The position numbers and the translations under genes are program-made. Positions 14,101 through 27,789 of a DNA stretch of 64,000 nt are shown here, in pieces. The stretch's first letter is position 1; each line of letters starts with the position of its first letter. The notes beneath the pieces were generated by a model that searched no databases, was not told where the DNA came from, and saw only the letters and a program-made list of their open reading frames with translations. The DNA lies in contig CM022665.1 of NCBI GenBank assembly GCA_012295275.1, positions 14,136,001-14,200,000 on the forward strand, given 5' to 3'. The stretch comes from Chrysomallon squamiferum (Eukaryota > Animalia > Mollusca).

Positions 14101-17100
14101 AGACCAAAGATTTAAGATGTACCCCTATCACATTAATAATTTTGCTGTTTGTGGAAAAGTACAGGTGAATATATCTACCATACAGTTAGAAGGTAAATTT
14201 TCTTTACATTTCATCATTAAGGAAATAATCTGTTGAAAGATGGATCAGATTTAGTTGCAATGTTCCTTGATTTTCATATGATAAATTCTGAAAATATTTT
14301 GACAGAATCAGAAATTGATATATGAAATACTTGTATTTAGAAATTGTAAAAATTAAAAAGGTTATTGAAAAAGTATTAAGGAAAGAAAAATAACGAATAC
14401 TATTTTTTATTTTAGAAATCTGGGGGTGATGTGATGAAAATGTTTGAAATGGGTTCAGAGCCAGATCGGCGACCATTTTTGGAGAAGCTTATGTACTTTC
14501 TGGAAGAAAAGGGAACACCTGTTACAACTATGCCAGTCATAAGCAAACAGCCTCTTGATCTTTTTAAACTCTACCTCTGTGTGCGTGAAAAGGGTGGGAT
14601 GACTGAGGTAGAAACAGGATGTTTCTCTCTATTTATTTCAGTTAACTTGGCCACATAAAATTCAGTATATGAATTATTTTTCTTAAAATATAATTAGTTT
14701 TTAGAAACTGTTTATCAGTGTCATAACTGGTTCATAAAAGTAGATTTGTTCTAGATTCCATTTTACATGTATAAATAAATATATATAGACATACACACAT
14801 GTACACACATGCATTGAATATTGAAAACATACCATAGCTAATGAAATAAATTATGATAGTGGATATATATTAAAAGTACAAAATAATAATCATTCTTGGT
14901 CTTTAACAGGTTAACAAAGCCAAGAAATGGAAAGAAATTTGTGGTGTTGTGAACATTGGATCATCTGCAAGTGCAGCATTTACCCTTAAGAAAAATTATA
15001 TCAAATACCTGTTTGCATATGAATGCAAATATGATAAAGGAGGGATTGATCCACAACCAATTCTTGCTCAGATGGAAGCTGCCTTGCAACAGAAGCGGGA
15101 ACAGAAAAATAAAAGGGCTCCTTCTCCAGGTAAGGGTAAATTCTCTTTATTAATCTAAAACAGTGTTTAATCATTCTGTATATATTTTTGTTATCTTTTA
15201 TGATTTTTATTTTTTAATTATTATTATTATTATTTTATTTATTTATTATTTTATTTATTTATTTTATGACTGTTAGTGATACAGGGTCATACCATGTCGA
15301 ATCACCCAGTGAGTTTAACCTCAGCATCTTTGATTTTGCTATAAGTGTAATTAACTACTAAACTGAAAATATTACACATCAGGATTTTTTATATGTTGTA
15401 GGTAACATCTTTTGAGTTTAATTTTTACTTGAAGTCATTTCAAGGTCAAATTCATGGTCAAAAGTTGCCAAATTCAGCTTGCATCTGTCAAGGAAATCTG
15501 GAATCCAGTTTAGCTTTCCATCCAATGACACCAATTTCATCACAATTGACACACTGGTTACAAGATACCATTGTCTAAAAAGTGGTAGTATCTTCAACAC
15601 AATTGCTTCGACTGAACTAATGTTTTTTCTTTCTGTGAGGTGGTTTGACAAGGAGCTGTGGGTTTTACATTCAGAATAAAATAACAATAGTCTAAAGCCC
15701 CTTGTCTTATTATGAGAGTTAATGTTATTCAGATAACTAAATTTTCATTTTTCAGCAGGTTCTCAGGGTTCATCACAAGATGCATTCCGGCCACCAAGTG
15801 CCCCTAATAACCAAGGAATGGATCCATTCTCCCCAGGAATGCCACCACCTTATATGCAGAACTCGGAGTCAAATATGGGCCATATGGGTGGTGGGATGAT
15901 GGGACCAAACAATATGATGAACCCAAATGCCATGATGCCTTCCCACTCCAACATATCCCACCCTTCTGGTATGGGGTCTGGGCACAATAGTATGCAAAAC
16001 AGTATGATGGGAGGAGGCATGCCACCAAATGGAATGATGCCTGGAAATATGCCTCAGGGTGGTATGATGTCAAGCGGTATGCCACCCAACAGCATGATGG
16101 GTGGAAATGTGCCTTCTAATAACATGATGGTTGGGAACATGATGAACAATTCACTGATGCCTAGTAATATGCCAGGCACCATGTCAAGTAACATGCCAGG
16201 CAACATGTCAAGTAATATGCCAGGCAGTATGTCAAGTAATATGCCAGGTAACATGCCCAGTAACATGCCTAGCAACATGTCCAGCAACATGTCCAGTAAC
16301 ATGCCCAGCAACAAATCAATGATGCCTGGAAGTGGTTACAATTCACAACAGAACAGTGTGTTATCTGCTAACAGTATGATGGGAAACACAACTATGGTAG
16401 CTCCTAGTTCAAGTGCAATGTCAGTGCCACAGAGTAGTGGGAGTACCGTATGTTCTAATTCAGACAGCATCAGTGTACAGGATCCATTTGCAGATGATAT
16501 GGCAACATCATCATCGTCGTCATCCCAGTTTAGTCAGCGGCCCAGCAACAGTTCGCAAGTGCCCCAGTATACAAGTATACAACAGCCCAGCAGCAGTTTC
16601 AATTCACGGTCTGGTCCAGGAACTAACATGCCTTCTTATCCAGGTGTTGCTCTGTCTAACAATTACAGTGAGTCAAGTACTACTAGGCTACCCAACCCCA
16701 ATCAAGCAGAACAGTTTAACAGCAGTGATTCATCATCACCCTCAATCCCAACATCAACATCATCATCACCATTCCCACCCAGGCAGATGCCACCTGTTGA
16801 TGGCTATCCATCAAGTAATTCAAGGCCTGATTCATTTCCACCAGGACATGTTCCACCAACAAGTCAGTTCAGCAGTCGCACTCCAGGTTCAGCAGTAGAT
16901 AGATTTCCATTTGGTCAGCAGTTTGAAAGGCCAGAAAGGTAAATTGCTAATAAAGGAAAGCTTTGTACGTTTTATAATTATTTTGCTTTCTAAAAATTAT
17001 AAACTTTTAACTGATCAAAAAATGATTCTCTGGTGTAGTTTATTTTTAGGGTATAGATTATGTTGACAATATTCCTTTGATCAACAAGCTTTAAAATTTA

Positions 17101-20100
17101 TTAACTATATTCAATTATGAGGGTTTTTTTGATTAAAAAAAAAAGATAATTAAAAATATGTAATGACAAAAATTTATATTTAATTGGTTATTCTGTTTAT
17201 ATTTATGTCAGATTTGAACAACAGTCATCACATCCTGGCCAGCAGTTCCGCCCTACATCTCAAACCAGTCAGGATGCCATATACCCTGGTCAATACAGTA
17301 CCCAGCCTGTGCGACAACCACATCCACCTCAAGAACAATTCAGTGGCTCTCAGTCATTTCCTACAGGGCAGGTCCCTGGCTATCCTGGTCCTCGACCAGG
17401 CATGAATCAAGATATCTATCCTGGATATGGTGCCCAGCCAGGATCTTATCCTGTTCCCAGACCACCAATGAATAGGGAAATGTCTGCTGGAGTTTATGGT
17501 ACACCCAGTAAACGATACCCCGACATGGAGCACATACCACCAGGTTCGTACCAGTTGCTTAATCAGTTGTAGGTGCAGTATAATGGCTTGTGAAATTTGT
17601 GTCCTTTTTGGATTTTTGTAATACGTTAATATGACATCGGATATAAATTTCTATGCACTTTTTAATTTAGCTCATGGAATTTTATCTCAAAGATTTGTGT
17701 CCTTTACTGAAGGAAATATTGATAATTGTGTACCAATATATTGTATCCCAACCCATGTCACAATAAACAGCATTAAGCATGAATTTTAGATTGCAAGGAG
17801 TTGAAATTTCATGGCTACTCCTTATTAGCAGTCTGTATGCATTTTCAGACAAACCTTGGCTTTCTGTTACATTTCCATTCTGATAATATGTGAAAACCCT
17901 CTTGGGTTTGTGCTCCTTGCAAAATATTTATAATGTATCATAATAATTATTAAAACTAGATTTAAAAATAAAATTAATTACACAAATTTCAGACAAAATA
18001 CGTTCGTAATATAAAAAACAGTAGAGTGAACTATAAAATGTAAAAAGAATACATTTTGTAATAATTTTAAAATGATTAATAAAAATGTATTATCATGCTT
18101 TCAAAAATGCTTACACTGAACTGAAAAAATTACAGAAAGTTTGTTTTCTGTGATATTTGTAACATTTCAGATAAATTAAAACCATGGTTTAAATTTTTTT
18201 TTTTAAATGTTCATTTATTGTAATTTTATTAGAAACGTTCTTTTAAAAATTATCAGAATTAAAAAAATGCAGGCAGTTATAATAATTCTTCATAAAGAAA
18301 ATAAAAATGAAGAAAAAAAGAAATTATATCTAATTAAATACTAATAAAACACTGAGTGTGAAAATGAGTTGGAATAAAATTGCTGGCATAATTTTTTGAC
18401 AGCATTTTCTCAACAATCACCTTACGTGGAGAGGCCAGGCCTTGGTCATGTGACCTATGCTCCCCACCATGAAGGTTACATGATGCCATATGATGGTATG
18501 ATATTGATGAAACTCTTGTATCCTGGTCATCTCGCATTAGTGAAATATTTCAAAATCTTGGGTGTTGTTAACAGAAATAACACATTTCATAGAGTGAAGC
18601 TTGAATGTACTTGGTAGATCTCCTTAGGATCACATTAAAAGAAATTTGAGTATATAAAAGTTGAAAGATAAGTTAATTTTAAATCTCTAAAACAACATTT
18701 TTGTTATATTATTGTAACATAATCAGTGTACCTTTATTTAAAAAATAGCTTTTTAGAGGTAATTAACATTCTGCTTAACTGGTTCACTGCTATGTTATCT
18801 GTGGTATAAGCCCTGGCATTGGCTTTCAACAGTGAATAAGTCATTTATTTAATTCAAGGAAAAAAAAAAATTAATAAAATATTTTTTTACAAATGAAAGA
18901 TGACATATTTAAGGCTTATTTTGGATAATCTAAATCCCCAAGATTTTGAAGTAAAAATGTTATTTACTCTAATATCTAATGTACTGCCTTCTAGGAAGTA
19001 GATGTAATATTTCTAGATGTGGATTTAGTTTTTCTTTTTGTTTTGGTTATTCTGTTATTCAGTTACTGGGGGTGGGAAACTTTCAGATTCCTTTTTGTTG
19101 TAATTTTTTAACATGTATTCAGTAAATTTTATTTTGGCATGATTTTACATTTTTGTGTGTTCACACTAATACACATACTTTCCATCTTTTGGTGATAATT
19201 ACAAAAAATAAAGCTAAAACTGGTATTGTTTTTGGCCTACTGGTTTATTTATATTTTGGGTCATTGAAGGCACATTCTTTTCTTTGCTTAGGTCAGGGTA
19301 TTATCTGCCTATACCACCCCTCTCCCCCTCCAAAAAAAAATGAAGATGGGATAAAAAAATGCACATATACTTTTGCTTTAACTTTTTATGTCTTTATTTT
19401 TTATTACTTTATTATTTCTTTATTTTTTTAATAATTTTAACTATGGCTGATAAAAACATTCATAATGAAAAAAAATGTATGTAAGTAATATTGGATAAAA
19501 ACATTGTATTTGTAGGTAAACAGAATATGCACTTTTGTTTGTGTTGTCTTTTATATGGTAGTGTTTATTGTATGGCTTTATTGTACAGACTTAAAATGTT
19601 AAATTAACTAATACAATATTTATTCAGCAGAAAATTTCATTCTTAACTAAACAGATGCTTCTTATTTTAAAGCATTTTTTATAATTTTGTATTTTAAATT
19701 TTTATTTAGTTCTACTCAATGCTTCATGTATTTGTGTACCTGTCTTTATTTTCACCCTGTTTACATATTGGTATGGGGGGGGGGCAGGAATCAAATAAAA
19801 CCAAAAATAAATTATTTTTCAGTAACTTTCTGAAGTAACCATTAGAAATTTATAAAATAGTAATTTTGAAATATTTTTTCTGTACAGATGCTCGTCGAGA
19901 TATGAACCAGTGGTCACCTATGCCCCAGCGGTACCCTAATCAACCGGGTGCCCCAAACTTCCTGGGCTCCAGCTTGAGTGGGATGCCGCCTGGAGCCCCT
20001 GGTACACCCCCCATGGGACCGTATGGTCGCATGGCACAGAGAGCGTCCCCCCAAGCCAGAGATAAGCAGTACATGCATTCTTCAAAGCCTCAGGTAAGAC

Positions 20101-23100
20101 GGGTATCCTGTTCTTATTCAGGTTATCGCATACTTTTTCTGAAAAAAAAAAAAAATAAATTGTGTAAAACACAACTTAATTTTTCTGTTCATGTATGTAG
20201 TTGTACTGTCTTACTCATTTGTAGATATTAGGTGCTGTTAGTACTAGTAGTGCTTTGTAGTTGGTGTTAATAATGTGACTGGTTATCTATAATTTTTTTA
20301 AAGTTTATTTTAATTATATAACAGATATTAGTATTTAAAATACAATTTAATTTACCAAATTGTTCCTTTCCATAACTATTTTCATATCGTGATTTTACAT
20401 TAAGGTTATAAATATTTCTTAATGCTTTATATGCAGAAATGTACAAATGTATATTAATTTCCTTCGACAAAACTAAAAAAATACTTTTGCAACTTCAGTA
20501 ACATAAAAAAAATATATAAAAAAATATATATATATTATATATATAGTTATCCCTTTTTTGGACATACCCATTCTGGAAACTGATTAAGGATTATAAATAG
20601 TTTCATATTAACATTATTAATTAAAATAATTATTGTTGCTTACCTCTAAAGTAAGTTGCTTTAACTCTTGTTACAATTTTATTTCAGTTTAAATATTTTT
20701 AATTAATTTTTTTATGCATAAAGATATTATTTCCATTTATTTTTAATGTTGCAGATGGTTAATGAAATTATTCTGTTGACATTTTTAATTTCAGTTATGT
20801 GTTGACCTGGCTTTTCTAGAAAGAACATTTCTTATTTTTGCATTAAGTTGTTCATATGAAATGTATTTTAAGTTCTTTGTGCTATAGGTACAGAGAAGAG
20901 ATTATTTTTATTTGTAAATTTTTGCTTTATGCTGCTCATTGGTAAGTTGGCTCACTTTGCACTTATTGCACTACAGCACAATTTTAAGAAACTGATGATT
21001 TCAAATTGTGGTGAAAATGTTGACCATTTACAAAAGCATTAGACATTTTTTTGCTAATTTAAATGGTTAAACTAATATCTGACATTTAATAATGTTGTTA
21101 CAATGTCAGTTATTTTTTTAAACTGAAAATATTTTCAAACATTTACTTTGACTCTTTTTAAAGAATAGATCATTTCCGTTTATCATGTTATTAAAAGGCA
21201 GCTGATACAACTTGATTTGGTAACAACTCTGATGGCTAACATTCTTATAATTAGAAAATGGGGTGGTGAATGGAAAACTAATTGTCCAATGCGTCACATT
21301 CCTCACAGTTTGAATACTTTGATATCATGCATATCCAAATTTAAGTGAATCTCAGCTTTTGAGATATTTTCCTATTTATTTGCTTGTAGTCATTAGCTTT
21401 TTTATTTTATTCTCTCTCTATCCTCTGTTAATCTGCTCTGACAGTACTGCTGGTTCTTTTGCAGCAGAAGCCGGGTACAATGATTCCTAATGCTCAGTTC
21501 CCTCTTAAGAAGGAGATAGTGTTCCCTCTTGACAGCGTTGAGGCCGTTCAGCCACTGCTTGCTAAACGGCGCCGGCTAACCAGCAAAGACATAGGTCAGT
21601 AACAGCTGGCATATTTCATTATTTCATCCAATCATTAGACAGTTTTCCTCATCATAAAGAATGTTTTTTAAAAATGTTTGGGATGGGATGAGTTTTGTTT
21701 ATATTTTTGTTATTTATTTTTGATTAGGTGGATGGGTAGGCTGTTCTTCCTGGTTCCCAGTATTATTAAAGAAATAAAGAATTTAAAAAAAAAACATTAT
21801 TTTAATTATTTTAAAAAAAATAAAAAATAAAAAATAAAAAAATTATTGAAATGCTTGATGCTGCAAAGGAAAAGCAAAAATTAGATTTACAGCTTTTGTT
21901 TTTTGCCAAGATTTATTATTTATTTTGTTTATTATGTAATTTATTGTTATTCTTTAAATAGTTTATTTCTGTGCGTACTTTTAGTTTATTTTGTTGACCT
22001 TTGCAACATGGAGAAAATGTTTTTGAAATATATATGTCTTAGTGCTAAATATTCATTGTTTTATGTAAAACAGGAACAAATACAAAAACCAGTTAAAATC
22101 ATTTACCAAACATACAAATTCAGTTTTAAAATTGTCAATATTTAGTTGTTTCACGGTTTATAAAGTGTTCAGTTCTGTTTTCAGGACCTATAGAAGCTTG
22201 GCGACTAATGATGGCCCTGAAGTCTGGCTTGCTGGCTGAGAGTACTTGGGCTCTTGACACTCTAAATATTTTGTTGTTTGATGACTCCACTGTCAGCTAT
22301 TTCAACCTTGCTCACCTACCAGGCTTACTAGAAGTGCTTCTTGAACACTTTAGGCGTAGTCTCATAGAAATGTTTGGCATTTGTGAAGACTTGGAAATTG
22401 GTTATGAGGAAAGGCAAAAAATAAGTAAAAGGAATGAAATTAAGAATTGTGATGGACCTTTACAGCTGAAAAATGGTGAAAATCAGAATTATACGAGAAT
22501 AACCAGAGATGGGAAAAGTGTGAAAGTGGAGGATGATTCCAAAGAAAACTGGGTTGAAGATGACAAAAAATGGGATTTGTATTCAGGATATACAGGCCGG
22601 AAGCAGCATTGGGCACTTGGTGGTGGGGACATCACAGACCACATATGCACACATTTCAAAAATGGTTCGACTCAAGAACTGTTGAGTGAGCTTTTTTCTA
22701 AAAAACGAAAGATGAAGTGCAAAAGTAATAGAGACAAAGAAAACTCTGAAGTCAAAAGAGATCATTCTGAAAGTTGTGAAGAAGACATGGATACTTCAGC
22801 TGCTGATATTAGTTTGGAAGAGGAGGACCAAATCTCAGTGAAAAAAGAACAAGATGTTAGTGAATTGGCGGTGTGTGATGAAATAAATGTTCGAAATAAC
22901 TTTATTAAAAAGGTGCAGATCAAAATAGAACCACGAGATCCTGCATGGTATCAAAGTGGTCCAAGTGACAAAATTACAAGTATTGTTAAATACCCTGTCG
23001 ATGATTCTGATGGCTTAACCAAAATAAATACTGATGTTGATTCAGAAAAAAGTGAAAAAATAAATGATGAGGACAGTTTGGAAAAGCATTGTAGCAGAAA

Positions 23101-24490
23101 AGTAGATGAAACTCTGGGGGATAAAAATAAAGATTCAGAAAAACAGCCAGTTCTTTCTAATGGACCAGTGGACTCGCCAGTAGATTTTACAGTGCAGAAA
23201 GAAAACAAAACAGAAAAAATGGACAGTTTTGAAGTAAATTCCCATTTAAAAGAACAAGCCATATCACAGAATGGTATTGAAGGAAGTATCAAATGTGATC
23301 CTGATGGAAATGGTTCTGTTGAAGAAAAAAATTATGTTTCAGAGCATGAACAAAACATGTCACAAGATATTAATAAAGATAACAGTATATTACCTTCACC
23401 AGCAGAAAAGAGTCCTGAATCAACAGTCTCTGTGGACCAAAATGTTCCTGAAATGGCTGATGTGAGTTTGATTTTAGTAGATGGTGATTTAGAAGAAGAA
23501 GCATACCAGCATGATGAGCCACCTCTTTCTGTTACATCTGAATCGCAGGATGAACTTGGTAGACGTTGTGTTTGTATTTCTAACATCTTTCGCAGCCTCT
23601 CTTGCATACCAGGCAATGACACAGAAATGTCGCAGCATCCAACACTGATGAACATCTTAGCAAAACTTTTGCTTTTACATCACAAGCATCTACCTCGGGC
23701 AAAATCTCACAAATTTGAGAAAGAGGACTCAGAAACAGAAGAACTAAATGAAGCTTGTGAGGATAATGGTGAATGGTACTGGAGCTACTTGGAGGAATTG
23801 CGGGAAAACACACTGGTGATATTTGCTAACATTTGTGGTCATTTGAACCTTTCCACATATCCAGAAGAAATTTGTTTCCCCATGCTGGATGGATTGCTCC
23901 ATTGGGCAGTATGTCCATCATCTTGTGCACGAGACCCTCTTCCCACAATGTCTCCACACTCCGTCCTGTCACCCCAGAGGCTTGTTTTAGAAGCTTTGTG
24001 CAAGTTGTGCATCCATGACTCAAATGTAGATCTTCTGCTGGCAACACCACCATTTGAGCGAATTGTTGAATTGTTTATGTGTTTGTCAAAACTGTTAGCG
24101 AATAGAAAAGAACAAGTTCCTAGAGAATTCGCAATAGTACTATTGTCACAACTAGTCCAAGGAGACAGCAGTGCAGCAAGAGCTATAGCTCTTCAGCACC
24201 CTTGTATATCTCTCCTTGTAGATTTTCTAGAAACTGCAGAACAAAATGCCCTACAAGTGGCCAATTCACAAGGAATTAATGCTTTGCAGAATAATCCTGA
24301 AATAATGGGAACTAGTCTCGATATGCTCAGAAGGTCGGCTATGATATTGTTACACCTAGCACGTATACCTGAGAATAGGTCACTGTTTGTCCATCAGCAG
24401 GGTCGCTTGTTGTCATTGGTCATGAGTCAAATTTTAGATCAGACAGTTGCCAACATTTTGTCAGATGTTTTGTACGAGTGCTCACATTAA
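2253..24490 (+). CDS. ARID1: ARID1A/ARID1B/osa-like SWI/SNF (BAF250) subunit, 5'-partial, multi-exon
   Basis: Phase-consistent GT-AG exons: 2253-2394, 7098-7193, 7952-8080, 8947-10245, 11010-11233, 13156-13251, 14416-14607, 14910-15129, 15756-16938, 17212-17543, 18403-18495, 19888-20093, 21465-21594, 22185-24490 (6648 nt = 2215 aa + TAA). Recognisable ARID1 motifs: [19 protein letters not shown], the ARID domain, [56 protein letters not shown] and the BAF250_C armadillo region. Confidence 0.96.
6290..6303. promoter_or_regulatory. RFX X-box motif GTTGCCACGGAAAC in an ARID1 intron
   Basis: 13/14 match to the X-box GTTGCCATGGAAAC, followed by E-box CACCTG at 6307-6312. Confidence 0.4.
11132..11161 (+). 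repeat. Coding CAG repeat (CAG)8-CAA-CAG, polyQ10 in ARID1
   Basis: Read directly; in frame in exon 11010-11233. Confidence 0.92.
14416..15129 (+). CDS. ARID1: ARID DNA-binding domain exons of ARID1 (14416-14607 and 14910-15129)
   Basis: [50 protein letters not shown]|[39 protein letters not shown] matches the ARID1 ARID domain; canonical splice sites. Confidence 0.96.
16157..16312 (+). repeat. Coding 12-bp tandem repeat, 13 units, M-[PS]-[SG]-[NTS]
   Basis: ATG(CC/TC)N(AG/GG)YA(A/C/G)Y repeated 13 times inside ARID1 exon 15756-16938. Confidence 0.9.
22185..24490 (+). CDS. ARID1: Terminal exon of ARID1, BAF250_C domain with a long acidic low-complexity insert
   Basis: 760-aa ORF 22208-24490 extended back to the acceptor at 22183-22184. 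Motifs [58 protein letters not shown] and [10 protein letters not shown]. Confidence 0.96.
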
Positions 24491-25923
24491 GAGTCTGTAA
24501 CAGGCTCAAAAACAGTAAATTTAAATAAACCATATCAGTTTTTCTGGAAGATGTTTCAACATGCATGTGCACCTTTATTCATCACTGACACATAACCTTT
24601 TAAATGAATTTTAACAAAAACAAATTTTTCCACTGACATTTTTAAAAAAAAAAAAAAAGAAAAAAAAAGATTAATGTTAACAGAAATCATTTATCAGACT
24701 TTGTTACTCATGCTGTTTCATCGGTTGCCTTTAATCATGGATAATTTTTTGATTGGGTGTTGATACTGACAGCTGGAAAAAGATATGATGATTTTAAAAA
24801 AATAAATTTTAAAATTCCCCTCCCCTCCCAGATAGCCATTTTCAGATTCCATTCCATTACTATTGGAATGCAGTGTGATTGGATGAAATTTTGTCAAAGC
24901 AAATGTTGGAATAATTCTTCCTTGTACAGTATATATGTAGATATTTCATGCCAGAATTTATTAAATAAAATTTTTTTTTTTTTTGTGATTTTACTGTATA
25001 CTTTTAAATGTTGTCGATCAGTGCAGTATTCATATATATGAGGTTATACTGCATTATTGATCATGGCTGTATCTAGATTATTTGTACTTATTGGTTATTG
25101 AGTATCCATTTCTTGTTACTGTGAAAGGCTTTATACCCATTGTCGAAAAGAAATAGAAAAAAAATAAACACAAAAAAAACATAAATTATTACATTGCTCT
25201 TCTTGGGTCATTTTCAACATATATAGATAATAATGAACATTTTATATGTATCAAAATCATTTTGTTTCATAAAAATTCTGATATTTTTATGGTTATTACT
25301 TTGTGATCTGTTCATAAGCATTTGAATAAACCTTAGATTTTATTTTGTTCCCCCATGTATGGCTTGATGGAATGTTTTTCAAACCACTTATTCAGTCTGG
25401 CACGTGTGTGTGTGTGTGTGCGTGCGTGCATGCATATACACAGATACACATTTTTGCATAAACAGATGCAAATGGAAGACCATTATTATAGATAAAATTT
25501 TGATTTTCATCCTATAGCTATACAATGAAACGGAAAATTCCATGTAGAAATTTTGTGCTCAGATTTCAGTAGCTGTCAACTGAAAAGTTATTTTGCCATT
25601 GTGATTGCTTAGCCTTTACTCAGAGAAACTCATCATCATATAGCAAGCATTGTGTTGTATATGTATGTTATGGTTCAAGGAAGAGATTGAGAATATCATA
25701 AAGCCTTTGTTTTAAAAGGGTTTCCAGTTCTTAAAGAATTGGTTTAAGTGAAAATGTTGAAATCCTAAATACATAGAGCTTCAATTTTTAAGCTTTGGTT
25801 AATCATCATTTTCCTTTTTTCTTTCTATATATATATTTTTTTTAATTATTTTATTTTATTTTTTTTTTGTTTTGTGTTATAGTATCCATATATATTGAAC
25901 TGAATATTGTACAAAAAAAAATG

Positions 25924-25929
25924 AATAAA
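25924..25929 (+). terminator. Candidate polyadenylation signal of ARID1 (AATAAA)
   Basis: AATAAA ~1.43 kb after the stop, preceded by U-rich tracts and TGTA. Other AATAAA hexamers exist in the UTR. Confidence 0.45.
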
Positions 25930-27413
25930 ATGTTATTAAAAGTACCTACAATGTGTTCACTAATCATATAGACTTAGAACAGTACAAATACAAATTAAGA
26001 CAGGAGGAAGAAGACAATTTTGAAACATTAGGTTCATCTAATCATTGCAGCAGAAAACTTGTAAGATGTTACTTTTTTTTTCAGTGAAGAAAACCGATAT
26101 TATTGTTAAATTTTGAAATAACAGAACTGCAGATAGCGAGGTTTCCAGAATAAAATAAATTAATTTTATTTCAGAATTCTCATAGTTGATGAATATACAA
26201 ACAATTTGTTTTAAAATATCTTTCATGTTACACTGATGCAAAAAAATTTCACCGAGATGTTTTTACAGAAGTTGGGTTCAAGATGACGAAGTACTCGTTA
26301 CACAACTTTAACATGCAAGAGATTGGTTATAACTCTAAGCTTATAAAGAATATTTTAGAACATTTACAAAAAACAACTGTTTTTGTTGTTACAGAGAGTT
26401 AATTCACCATTTATAGCTGTTGGCAACATGGTAGTTTTTTTTTTTATTTATTGTAGGAGCATGTGAATTTGGATTTAATGTGGCAACAAATTGTGATTGA
26501 AGCAGACAAAGTATGAAATTGGGTTAGGAACTGAAACAAATGTTGCCCAATTTATTACTCTTCATAGAAAAGAAGGCATCATCTGATTTGGGTTGGTGGC
26601 TTTGTTGATAGTGCTAAAATTTGCAGTTACATCATATGTTCACCCTCCATGGAAAATATTCATTCTGCTCCCATTCAGCTGACTGCATCAAGAAAAGTAT
26701 TTCCACGAGCCAAGTTATTCTTTGCCAGAGTAAGGACTGTTAGACAGAATAAACTTGTAATGTTTACTGTCAGTATTATGTTTGATATGTTTTTGCTTAA
26801 TGACTGTCAAAATCATACTACTTGCTTAACATATATCACAACGTAACAAATGCAAGTTCTTATTTTATTGAGAAGATGGGAAAATTCTATATAATAATAC
26901 AGTAATAAATGAAACCATTTAAGATATTTTAAGGGATCATAATAATAAAGGATATACCAAAAGGTTTTATGCTGTGACCCATGATGCACTGGCCAGTCAT
27001 TAACCACTGGACAAAAAAAGCTTATTCCACACCCTCTTCAGGACCTTTTCCTGCAATCACACTACATACATTTATCTCTAGTGTATCATGTTTCCTGAAA
27101 CATACCTAGATACCATCTACTACCATAATTAAACATTAAATGGTATAACCCATTTTAGTAGTTGGGTCTAATTTTGCACACAGTAAATTTATGAAGCCAT
27201 TGTTCAGTAATTAAATGAAATTGCTGAATTTTTCTGTAATTTCTCACAATAACCATTTCAAAGATGTATATAAATTAATTAGCCACAACCAAGTATGCAG
27301 TTTTACAAAAGATCAGTAAAAATGCTGAATGCAGTGAAAATATATAATTAAGTTCCAGCAAACAATGTATAACTAACCACTGGACATCGGCAAACAATAG
27401 GGATTTAGTACTT

Positions 27414-27419
27414 TTTATT
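27414..27419 (-). terminator. Candidate polyadenylation signal of HELB
   Basis: TTTATT on + (AATAAA on -) ~370 nt beyond the HELB stop codon. Confidence 0.4.
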
Positions 27420-27552
27420 GAAACTTGCAGACATTTGTCATCTGACTACATTTAAACAATTTTTGCCATGTTCTATGTAGAATGTATAAAGAATTTTCAA
27501 ACACTATACTTTCGTATTTTTTATATATAGCATAGACATAAAAAAAAAAAAC

Positions 27553-27555
<3 letters not shown>

Positions 27556-27601
<46 letters not shown>
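27556..27601. repeat. (TA)n microsatellite in the likely HELB 3'UTR
   Basis: About 23 units. Confidence 0.95.
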
Positions 27602-27604
<3 letters not shown>

Positions 27605-27789
27605 GAATGTGCTTTAATTGTAAAGCATTTTGTGGAATAATCTTTTTCTATAACATAAAAACCAAAAGATGCAGCATATATATATATCACTAAATTTGCT
27701 TCTAAACTCGAACCAAGTTCTTTTGTAAAATATATAATGCAAATAATAAAAATTAAATGCATTAACATATATTAACACCTCAACTGTCA

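Noticed and set aside
15420-15690. Intronic segment with TCAAGGTCA motifs and short ORFs on both strands
   Set aside because: No usable splice sites or recognisable protein; probably a repeat fragment I cannot identify.
16054-16314. Minus-strand [15 protein letters not shown]...
   Set aside because: Antisense shadow of the 12-bp coding repeat in ARID1; no independent evidence.
16413-16898. 161-aa His/Gln-rich ORF overlapping an ARID1 exon
   Set aside because: Alternative frame of Ser-rich TCA/TCG codons; no splice route or start context supports it.
22583-24053. Several antisense and alternate-frame ORFs within the ARID1 terminal exon
   Set aside because: Shadows of the real coding exon.
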